Source: Selaginella moellendorffii
Taxonomy: Eukaryota > Plantae > Lycopodiophyta
DNA length: 64,000 bases
Assembly (NCBI RefSeq): GCF_000143415.4
Contig: NW_003314305.1
Coordinates: 557,709 to 621,708 of the forward strand
Reading direction: 5' to 3'
The position numbers were made by a program, and so were the translations under genes. Below the pieces are notes generated by a model. The model was not told the DNA's origin. It worked only from the letters and a program-made list of their open reading frames with translations, and searched no databases. Below are positions 9,524-20,694 of the stretch, piece by piece (within the stretch, counting starts at the first letter, position 1; every line of letters starts with the position of its first letter).

Positions 9524-12500
9524 GGAGGGGGTGCTGTCAGGAATCCCCCAATTCTTGCCACATTCCTGACTCTCGCCGGATTCCTGACCTGCAGACCACA
9601 TTCTTAATTCTCGAGACACTTCCCTATTCCTAACTCTCAAGACATTCCTGACTCTCGAGACACTTCCCTATTCCTGACTCTCTGATTTCCTGTACGATTC
9701 CTGAGTCTCGAGCCACATTCCTAATATTGATGTGGCGCCTCCTCGACCTTAGCTATATTTAGGCCGTCCTTGATCCAAGAGTGGTGGAGCTTCATCAACC
9801 TATAATATATATAGGTTAGCTTTGTTCCATTTCTCCACAATCTGAATCAACGCTAGTCTAAGGCTTCTTCTTTGTTTCCACTAGCTTTTTCTCTTTGTCT
9901 TTTGCATTTTCCAATTTTGATCTTGTTGGGGGTCTTGACACCGTCTACACTTGCGTCGTGTGGCGGAACCAGTTTTCATTCTTTATGGCAACGGGCATAA
10001 ACATGCATGTGCACAGGATGAGGCTGACGTAGTTGTGTATGTGGGCAATCTTGAGCTTAAGTTGCAGTTATTGTGGGTGGTGCTGAGTTAAGCTTTTGAC
10101 CTCATCTTTGGTATAGATTGATTGTAGCACAATCATGCTAAATGTGACTTTGAGGCTTCTCCTCCTTGTCTTATACTTTTTTATGTTTCATCCATTCCTT
10201 TCACTTTCGTACCTCTTCGTCCCTCTACTTCTACCTCTGCTTCCATTACTTTTGTCCCCCCACTATTTTCTTCTATGTTTTTGTCTTGTTCTACTCTTCC
10301 CTTTTCTGATCCCTTTGACAATATTTGTCTTCCAACAGTTGACCGGCTCATGAAGGAGTATTCTGATCTTTTTGAATTTAACCTATCGTCTGGGGCTAAG
10401 ATTGCCACACGTCATCTGATTCCAAAGAAAGGTGTTATTTGAAAGTCATGGAGTCCTTGGGACCTCATCTTGTGAACCTCATGTGAACCTCATCTTGTGA
10501 TGAAGCCTGATAGGAGTATTCATTTTTGCATCGATTATCGTCCATTAAATGAAGTGACAATCCCATATGTGTACACTCTTCCTCACACTGCTGATCTCTT
10601 GGATCATCTAGAGCAAAGTCATTGGTTCACCAAGCTAGATCTTGTTTCTAGGTACTGACAAATACCGATGGCCGAAGAAAATATTCCTAAAACTACTTTT
10701 CATACACTGTTTAATTTGTATGAGTTCTTGGTGATGCCATTTGGTTTGAAAAATGCTCTATCAATTTTCTAGTGGATGATGAATAAGGAGGTTTTTTACG
10801 ATATGCCAAAGGTGATTGCTAACTTTATTGATGATGTCTTGATCCACTCGGAGGGGACATAGAAGGAGCACGTTTATGATGTTTGTAAAGGGTTAAATTG
10901 GCTACGGGACATTAGTTTAAAGCTGAAGCGGTCGAAGTGCGTGTTTGGGTCCAAGGACACAATTTATCTCAGGTACAATATTTCTCATGAGGGTTTGCAA
11001 GTTGATCCTAACAAACTTGTGGCTGTTTAAAAGTTCCCTACTCCAAAGTGTGTGAATGATGTGCAACGCTTCTTGGGCAAAGTGCAATATCTCAATCGTT
11101 TTGTGGATCATCTTTCCAATCACACTGCACCGTTGTAAGTATTGCTGAAGTTATCAATGTCATCTTTCATCTAGTCTCCGAATTGTGAGCAAACATTCAT
11201 GGATTTTAAAGAGGTATTGACGATTCCTCTAGTTTTGGCATATCCTGACTACACTCAACCTTTTATTTTGCGCGTGGATGCTTCTAATATTGGTCTTGGA
11301 GGTGTGTTGCTACAAGAGAGCTCAAGTATGTCTGGTCAGTGCCATCCCATTATGTATATAAACTATACATTACAACCAATGGAGGTGAACTACTCCACGA
11401 CAGATAAAGAGTGTTTAACAGCAGTTTGGGGTTTCGAGAAACTTCATGCATATTTACATGGTTCTTGGACATTATTTAAAGGTGATCATGCTGCCATTAC
11501 TTCATTATTGAAGCGAAAGAACCTAGTTGGTTGTATTGCTCGGTGGGCTTTAAAGCTTTATATATATGATTTTAATGTAGTTCATCACCCACGGAGTTCT
11601 ATGGCTGATGTTGATGCCCTTTTTCGAGCTCCTCTTCCTTCTCCACTTTCTTCTCATGTTTCTAACGAGCCTGTTATTCCAGCATCTATAAATTTTCTAA
11701 ACAATGATTCTGTGCCATCAGCAATAGTTGTAGTTGATATTCAGTGTCCACAAGGCGCAAGAAAGATTTACCTTCTCTTAATGAGGTTCCCAAGGCTTAA
11801 AAGATTGAGCCATGGATTCGAAGGTTTCGAGATGGGTTTGAGAATCTTGCATTACTTACTGATGACTTGCTTTTCCGGCATTACATTCTCAATATCACTT
11901 TGAAGATGGCCTTCTTTATTTTGTGGGGAAGGATCCTAATGATCATTTACGGCTGTTGGTGCCTTTTGTCTTTATTCCACGGTTTCTCCATACCTACCAT
12001 GATTCTCTTGTTTTAGGTGGGCAGATGGGACATCATCGTGTAACTGAGAAGCTACGCAAGTCTTTCTATTGGTTGGAGATGTGACATGATATTATTCGGT
12101 ATGTGCGTAGTTGTGTTTGGTGCCAAGCTCATAATACTCCCTCTCGTGCTGCGAAAGGATGGTTGGAGTCAATTGTAGTTTCTCATCCATTTGAGTTGGT
12201 GGTGTTTGATCTTATGGGACCTTTTCCACGGTCAACTACTGGCAATAAGTATATTATTATTGTTTTTTATTACTTGACTTGTTGGGTGGAAGTTGGTGCT
12301 CTTGCTAGCACCTCTACAACTGCTGTTGGATACTTCCTCCTCAATCAAGTGGTGTTCTAGCATCATTGTCCAGAGCGGATTCTTTTAGATAATAGTCCCA
12401 CATTTATGGTTGAGGCATTTCATGTTTTGACATCTCGGTTGGGGATATGCTACATCTTCACGAATGTTTATCATCCACAATCAGACAGTCTAATGAAATG

Positions 12501-13638
12501 GCTCATTCGGACATTCAAAGTGAACTTTCAACATTTAGATTAAGATGGTTATTTGCCGATATGGTCATAATCCAATATTACTAACAGAGTTGGGTTTACC
12601 TTTATAATTGCCACGAGCTACCGATGCTAGGTCGTGGGATCAGTATTTGACAAACATTCTTCCACTTGTCCGAGCAGAGTCTACCAAACACTTAAGCCAC
12701 ATACAAGTGTGACAACAATAGTGCTACAACTTCCATTATTGTCCACCTGCGGAGTACAAAGTGGATGACTTGGTGTTAGTCTGTTTTCCCCATCTTATGG
12801 TACATAGTTTGTCTAAAGGGCTCTTTGCTCAGTGGGAAGGACCATATTAGATGTTATGGCAAGTTAGACCATAAGTTTATGAGGTTTGGCATGATGTCCA
12901 AAAGGCCAATCCTCCAAAGATTGTGTAGCAGTTAAAACACTTCATACAAAGGGATCAAGAGCAATTATTACCACCTACAGATTTGCCAATGCCTCCTCCT
13001 GACATTCCTCCAGATCCCAACCCATTTACAAGAGAACCCTGATAATCTTCCATTATTCTGAGAAGAAGGGATGATGTGAGGGCCAAATGTATGGGTATAA
13101 TGCCATATATTAATATTAGTGTAGTGGGATTTTGGTAGCCATCGAATTAATTTCAATTCAAACCACTCAGTTCTATATATAAATTAGGGTTTTTGGGCTA
13201 ATTGATATGCACGTTTTCTGTATTCCCTTTCCATATTTCATGCACTCACTTAAATAAATAACACTTAAATATAACAATTAAAATATATTATAAATTACAT
13301 TATTCAGCCTACCCAATTCTTAAGGTATCTCAAAATATGTGATTTTCTATAAAGTAAAAATTGAATATATTAGCAAGTCCACTGGCTCTATTGTGAAGGC
13401 AATCTGCAGTCAACATCAGTTTTTATGTTCATCCAATTTCTATGCACATAGGCCAAGCAGCCAAATCTGGAGAATTCAAGAGGTATTCCTCGAGTAGGTT
13501 GTATTAAGGCTCACACTTCTCATACTCTCTGACCTGATTGAGATCCAGAAATAACCCTCTGTGCGTCTTTTCCCTTGAAAGTGTGTTTTCGCATTTTTTT
13601 AATAAACATTTTTTATACATTGTTTTTGGGTTTTTCTT

Positions 13639-16600
13639 TCATATGCTAATGCTATTTGGCACTCCCTGTCCCGTGATGCCTTTAGAAGACGTTGGGTAGA
13701 GTGCTTTATATGGGACCTTTACAGGGCCATGCCTGTTTTTGAAGGATGGATCTTTGTTCCTGCTCAAGATGGTCTCACCAACTTTGTCGATATCTTCTGC
13801 AAACCTGTCAAACGCCTCGAGTGCCTCTTCGTTGTCGGTCCAGATATCAATATGTCGCTGCCCAATGTATTCCTCGGTGTCAGCATGGCCTGATAAAACC
13901 TCTATGGCGCTCATCACTACAAACGACTCCATCTTGTTTGATATCACTTTGAAATAGTACTCTTCCGGATTTCTTAAAAGCTTTCGGTGCTCCGTGGATC
14001 CTTTTTCTGGAACTGGCAAGTGAGTTGCAGTGGGACGATTTGGGATGAACCCAGCATATGCATATTGACTGAAGTTAACAGCCGCATGGTTTGCAGTCGT
14101 GATCCATATGAAAGTTGTCAGTGCCACCGTCAGGCCCAGTTTGGAGTCCATCTTGAACCATGTCGGGTCGTCCTTCAGATCGCCATGCCCAACGTTCACC
14201 ACCTCACTCCACCAAGCTTGGAGCTCGGCATCGTTCTGAACTGTGACATCGTCTTTGTAGTGTACGTCCACATATTCCTGGGTCCATTTCGTCAGCGCAG
14301 ACCATATCTCGAGACCATCTGCCGCATATGGATAATCCTCAATGACGAGCTTCATGCCGTGTTTTGCAGCAGGATCCGGAACAGCCATCCCTCTGTTTTG
14401 AAGAGACCAATGTTAGAAGGATGTATAGTCCAAGGCCTTACCTTTTTATAAGGTCTGCAGGGAGGCCTTCCATGGCAAACTTCCACGACTTGTAGGCCTG
14501 AGACGTCAACTCCATGCAATACATTTTCGGGGTGAAGCCTTGCTCGGCAATTCCTGACGCACTAATAAGTAGTTGCCTACCAAGTGCATTGATCTGCAAT
14601 GTGTACTTCATGTGTGGCTTCAGGAAGGCAAAGATCGGATGAAGGGCACTCAGCTGCCTGTGCGCCGCAATGATAAACGGCTCCATACATGCATGGCACT
14701 TGAGCCTGTATACCTAAGTTAGTGATACTCAGTTCGGGGCAAACTTTTCTCACTCCATACCAGTGGCCAACAAGCTGGTGAGCTCCTGAATCGTTTGCTG
14801 CTGTGTGTGCTTTTGCGAGCTCCCACAAATAGTCCGTCTCTCCTTCTTCGGGTGGGACGAGGACTCTCCTTGAACTGGGAGTGCTCAGCTCAATGGCGAT
14901 GGGCTTGAGCGTTCCATCCCCCCTTAGGAACAGGAATGTCCTGGTTGCATACATGTAGATGTCTGGGATCTTGTTGATCCTTTCAATGTAAGGCATGAAG
15001 ATGTCGTGAAGGTCCACCAAAAACAGCTTTTTGTTTGCGACTGCCTGCAAGCATCCTCTCGAGAGACATGTAAGTAACAAGTGACTTCACTGATGAGATC
15101 GCTTCAGACCTCTTGCACTGTCGTCCCCTCCAAGAAACGAGAGATGTGTTCCTCTGTTACAGTTGATTTCCTTGGGCCATACTCATCACCCAGGCCGCTG
15201 GTTGGAGGGAATTCCTGAGTACAAGGCGATGCTAAGAATGTGATGGAAACACCATTGTTGTCTACCGTTAGGCATTGTATCAAGATTGGATGTGTTCCAG
15301 CCAGCAGTTGCCTCGCATACTCCCGATCAGATCTCCATGCCAGGCGATCAGCTGACAACGGCGGAGAAGTTTAGAGAAGTGGACATGTTAGTGGGTGCAT
15401 TACTTACTTTCTAGAACTGCAGGAATGGGAAACTTGAGCAAGCTCTTATTGGTGTGATCAGTCGACAGATCGTTGAGTATGTCCAACGGCGAGTCTATCC
15501 CTTCGATTGCTCCCAAGGCCAGCTTCGACAGGTCAAACCCGCGGTCGTACAGGCTCTCCACGTCCTGAAACGAATCAAAGTATTTGTCCAAGAGCCCTCC
15601 AAACGATGTTAGCATGGGAATAAACGTGTGAGAGAAGCTCTTGACGGTCTTCACAAGGACGCTGGCGGTCTTGGACGAGCTGTAATACTCATCACTGGGA
15701 ATGTAGAAAAACGGTATAGGAAATGGGTTCTGACCGCCTGGATACGTTTCCTCTGTTGGTTTCACAATCAAAAGCACAGTATTAGAAATGTATCGAACTG
15801 TGGGTTACCTCCCAGAAGGCCTTGAATGCGACCCGTACGACACCTTCGCGGGTATGGCATTTCCTTGGATCCCCCCAGCTTTGGTCTCCCAATGCCTCCC
15901 AAGTCATTGTAAATGTCGTAGTCGTAAATCCTTTCCGAGTGTTGCCGGATGCCCGTACCATTGCCCTGGAGCTGCTTGAGGTCGGCTTCGCGGTAGGGTA
16001 CTAGAGACGGCGGTGTGTCCTGTGGCAGGTACAGCTGCGAGAAACAAGAAATTGTTGTATACGTTAGTTTGCAAGCTTTCAGACAGATTCTATCCCTTAC
16101 GTGGTTGCTGAAGAAGATGCGATTTGGCTTTGGGACCAAATCGAAGCCACTGCTCCTGTACACCCACGAGTTGCAGGGGAACTGAACTTTGCTTCCCCTG
16201 GGCATTCTGACGGACAGGGAGACGAAATAGATCTCAAAGCTGTGGTTGTTTTGAACCACGACTGCCCCAGGGGTACCAAAATCAGCGTCCACTTCGAAGT
16301 TTATGGTATACTTTACTTCATCCTTTGCAAGCAAGCTTGACGAGAGGGTCCAGTTCTCGATGCGTGCGGGCTTGCTGAGTTTAGGCTCTGCAAGGGAAAC
16401 AACGAAAGATTAATGATCATTTCCTCTCGGGCTTTTTAGTACTAGCTTCCATCACTTGAAGTTGAAGTGATGCTGATAAGCTGAAGGATGACCTTGAGGC
16501 CAATTGCCTCACTCACAGCATCCGTGACTACTCCCAAAGGATTCACAATATCAAAACTATTTTGCTTCTTTACCAAGAGAGATCCTTTCAAGATGACTGC

Positions 16601-16693
16601 ATGGTCTGTCAGATTCACTTTCTGTTGGATAGCAGGAAAATTTGAGGGGAACATAGATGTTGTGGCTAAAACAAGTGTCGATGCAAAATCCAT
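13639..16693 (-). CDS. LOX: Lipoxygenase copy 1 (PLAT + catalytic domain, 9 exons); intron 1 donor is GC
   Basis: [39 protein letters not shown]-terminal NSISI; all Fe ligands present; exons join in frame; donor at 16446-16445 is GC versus GT in copy 2. Confidence 0.93.
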
Positions 16694-18401
16694 GTGAGAA
16701 TAAAAGAAATAATTACACAGGTTGAAAGAGTTGAGTTTCAAATCAAAACCTCTATATGTTTTTATACTAAGGATTGCATATAAAAAAAGTGTGCCTAGAA
16801 AAGGAATTGTGCACATGGAGGTCCCTCCCAAGTACTGTTATTTAGGCTTTATATATAATGGCTTGACGACTATTCACCAAAGATGTACGTGCATTGAAAC
16901 ATACCAACATTGTTATCACCCTAGTACTGGTGGCCAGATACATGCAATCCTTGATATAAAAAACTTTATTTGAGTTTTAATTTAAAACTCAAGCTCTTGC
17001 AATTTGTGCAATTAGTTTTTTCTCACCTTGGATTTTCTATTGGCCCACAAAATCTATGTTCACCTCAGATTTCCTTGCTATCCAGCAAATAGAAGATGTT
17101 TATTTTTTAAAGTTGTTTTACCCTTTTCCAATTATTCAGTTAGATTGTCAACAGCGGACTACATGAGTGGATGTTGTAATTCAATATAACAAGACATATA
17201 CACCAACTTCTTTTGAGCCTGAGCCACACACACACATTGTCTCCAAGATAAACCATTAATTGTGACATTGAAGGATGACCTTGAGGCCAATTGCGTCACT
17301 CACAGCATCTGTGACAACATCAAGAATATTTTGCTTCTTTACAAAGAGAGATAATGTTAATGTGATTGCATGGCTTGTCAAATTGACTTTTGGCTGGATA
17401 GCAGGGAAATCTAAGGGGTAGGCTGAAACAAGTGTTAATGGAAAATCCATGTGAGAATAAAAGAACTAATTGTTTATATTTTTCTATACTAAGGATTGCA
17501 TATAAAAAACATATGCCTAGAAAAGGAATTATGCACATCATGTCAAATCAAAACTTCTAAATTTTTTTATACCAAGGATTGCATATAAAAAAGCATATCT
17601 AGCCATCAGTACCTAGCCACCAGTATTAGGGTGATAACAATGTTATGTCTCAATTCACGTACATCTTTGGTGAATAATCATCAAGCCATTGTATATAAGT
17701 TCCAAATAACAGTATTTGGGCCTTTAGTTTTGGCATTTTAAATATCAAAACTCAAGTTGTGCAATTAATTTTATTCTTCCATGGATTTTCCATCAGCACT
17801 TGTTTCAGCCACAGAATCTATATTTCCCTTAAATTTCCCTCAAATAGAAGATGTTTTATTTTTAAAAACTTTTTTACCCTTTTCCTATTATTCAGTTAGG
17901 TTATCAACAGTGGACTATATGAGTGCATGTTCTAATTCAATATAACAAGACATACACACCAACTTCTTTTGAGCTTGAGCCACACACATTGCTCAACCTT
18001 ATTGTCTCCAAGATAAACCACTAATTATGACATTGTGTCCACAACTGATGAGCTGAAGGATGATCTTGAGGCTAATCGCCTCACTCACAGCATTTGTGAC
18101 TACTCCTAAAGGATTCACAACATAAAAAATATTTACTTCTTTACAAAGAGAGATCTTTTCAAGGTGATTGCATGGCTTGTCAAATGGATTTAATGTAGTG
18201 AAGCTGTCTACAAAATATAGAATAATGTCTTGAGAAAATAGCTGCTTGACTAAAACGTTATTGTTTTAAAACACCATTCCAAACTCAAGACTAGAAAGGC
18301 CAAGAGTGATAAAAATATTCCATTACATCTCTCATATACTAATGTAAAACTATTTTCCAAGATGTATTATTTTCTTATACTTTTTAATTGGGTACAACAA
18401 G

Positions 18402-18451
<50 letters not shown>

Positions 18452-18830
18452 TAGTAGTCCCTCCCAAGAATTGTTATTTGGAACTTATATATAATGCCTT
18501 GACAACTATTCACCAGCAATGTACCTACAATGAGACATATACAGGTTGTTATCACCTTAGTACTAGGGTGATAACATACATATTAATGCTATTCAGAGAA
18601 GTGGGTGATGATTCGGTGCCATATCAATTTGTAAGAGGCTTTTCTTCTGTCCAGTTAGGAGTGTTAACACTTTTTCATATCGCACGTTTTTAACATGTGT
18701 ATGAGACATACAATTCAACTTCTCTCGAGCTTGAGCCATACACATTGTTATCATCCTCGTTGTCTCCAAGATAAACCACTAAGTTTGTTGCTGTGAGTGA
18801 AGACACAATATAAATTCCTCTACTCTAAAA
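16694..18830. promoter_or_regulatory. Bidirectional intergenic region (LOX / papain-like gene) built from shuffled duplicated modules, including LOX exon-1 fragments
   Basis: LOX exon-1 copies at ~17270-17450 and ~18045-18185; TATATAA-containing module at 16826-16929, inverted at 17621-17720 and direct at ~18460-18565; ATATAAA at 18808-18814; (GA)n at ~18406-18444. Confidence 0.7.
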
Positions 18831-18846
18831 CGGTGCACATTGCAAA

Positions 18847-20247
18847 ATGGCTCCCTACCCCTACTTTCTTTTGCTGGTTTTCGTTTTGCAAGTGACTCAA
18901 CAGTTCCAATTCTCAGCCCTGGAGCTAGCTTGTGAGGCCCCTCTTTGATAGATGGCGTCTCTATCACAACAAGGGGTATTCATCCCAGGAGGAGGAGGCT
19001 AGAAGATATGAAATCTTCAAGCAAAACCTCCAAATGGTATTAGATCACAATGCCAACAGTCTTGTGTCCTCATACACCCTGGGCCTGAATCAATTTTCAG
19101 ACATCAGTAGTGACGAGTTTGAAACGAAAATGTCCCTCGGTGTCAATGACATTAGGTTCCCTGTAGCCACATCCTTTCTAGACGATTTTGCTGATGGTGA
19201 CTCTAAAAGTCTCAAATCTTTTGACTGAAGGGAGAGGGGTGCGATCACTCCTATTAAAAACGTTAGATCCTGTCTGGGTATGTTGATGAATTTCTTTTTT
19301 AAATAATAGTTTTCCTTGCAGGAGGTACTTGGGCTTTTGCAACAGGAGACTCACTCTCAAGTCTCAATAAGATACTCTTTGGAGGTCTAGCTAATTTTTC
19401 AGCGCAGGAGTTTCTAGATTGCACTAAGAAAGCCAAGGGATGCAGAAGTGGCTTTCCCAGTGACGCTTTCGAATACGCACGGACTCATAGCATTGCAGCA
19501 GCAGCTGATTATCCCTTTGTTGGGGAAGCTGGAGCTTGCAAGCACAAGGTATGAATTTATTACAATGCCGCTATTAAAAGCTTTGCGAATTTGCAGGAAA
19601 AACAAGGCAAAGTTTCTCTAAAAGAATTTGAGAGCATTGAAGGAACAGACAAAGCAATCGAAAAAAACATGTTGAAGGCAGTACACAATCAGCCACTGAC
19701 TGCTGTTATCGATGGCTCAAAGGCCGAGTTCAAGAGCTATGCTGGAGTAAGTTTGTTCTAATCCAAGTCTATGATCACATTGACTAATGACGTGCCTAAT
19801 CCGTCCTAGGGGATTTACAAAGGACCCTGTGCCGAATCTGGAAGTTTATCAGTGCTGGTTGTGGGCTATGGTTCCGAAAATGGAGACAAATATTGGATCA
19901 TAAAAAATTCGTGGGGAACTGAGTGGGGGGAGAATGGATACATGAAACTAGAATGCAATTCGAATATCTTTGGTGGACGGTGTGGGATTTACATAAACGT
20001 GTTTTATCCCACAGAGCTAGGGCCGCCTCCGTCACATTTTCCTCCACCACCACCACCACCTTCACCATCTCCACCGCCACCTTCACCGTCTCCACCACCG
20101 CCTCTGCCAAGGCAACGCTGCTATACGCAACTATGCAAGGCAGGAGAAGAATGTTGCTGTTACTGGGCTCCATGTAAGTTCTTCCACATTTGTTGCCCAA
20201 AAGGCAAGTGTGGAATTACCATCTTTTACCCATGCAAACTTATATGA
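18847..20247 (+). pseudogene. Papain-family (C1A) protease-like gene copy 1, disrupted
   Basis: 11-bp deletion near 18926 relative to copy 2 (frameshift) and TGG>TGA at 19226-19228; otherwise near-identical to 37617-39028. Confidence 0.9.
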
Positions 20248-20694
20248 AAAGGGGCTTTGAGCAATAAACACAGCTGCTAGCCATGAAACATTGGCTTCCA
20301 GAGCTTCCCAAGCTGGTCCTAGACAAGTTCTCCAAACAGTGTGTGGAGTATTACTTGCAATTGAGGAATGGCCACACATTGTAGTGGCTCACCAGCATAG
20401 TGGTTTCGTGCACAAAGCCTAGCACTGTCAAAATGGACGGCTCTTTTGTTGAAGTATACACTCTCTATAACATGATCTTAGGTGGCAGTAGTGCCATTTC
20501 ACTGATCCAAGTGTAGGCTAGAGGTGTGTCTCTTGACCATGTATATATATCTATAATATTATATATGACTATCCTTCGAGTCATCCTTGTCCATCGTAGC
20601 TTCTGCATTTCTCTTCACCTTTCAACCGTGTGCAAAATTAACAAAATCAGTACTTGAACTCGCTTTTGCTAGCATGCCAATTGGTTTGTTCTTT

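Larger units (their letters stand above)
4308..9940 (+). mobile_element. Full-length chromovirus (Ty3/gypsy, Tcn1/Tf1-sushi-like), element C, nested in the protease region of copy B
   Basis: LTRs 4308-4721 and 9535-9940; perfect 5-bp TSD CCGTC (4303-4307, 9941-9945); empty site at 57558-57562 in B'; PPT GAGGAGGGGG 9522-9531; gag, PR (LLDSGAT), RT (YLDD), RH, INT and C-terminal chromodomain. Confidence 0.96.
1370..13249 (+). mobile_element. Ty3/gypsy family 1, copy B (5'-clipped LTR ~1370-1538, 3' LTR 13075-13249), degenerate gag-PR-RT-RH-INT, with two nested insertions
   Basis: LTR pair; PBS 1540-1555; PPT GAGAAGAAGGGATGA 13060-13074; gag ORF 1791-2480 followed by a degenerate CX2CX4HX4C-type knuckle; RT FIDD near 10825; RNaseH DAS..G.G ORF 11199-11903; integrase ORF 12103-12360; many stops. 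Confidence 0.92.

Noticed and set aside
13987-14451. Plus-strand ORFs antisense to LOX, and the many antisense ORFs over PPR and gag
   Set aside because: Shadow frames of real coding sequence; conserved only because the units are recent duplicates.
18367-18693. ORFs with ERERER/LSLSLS runs (also 37043-37249)
   Set aside because: Translations of (GA)n microsatellites.
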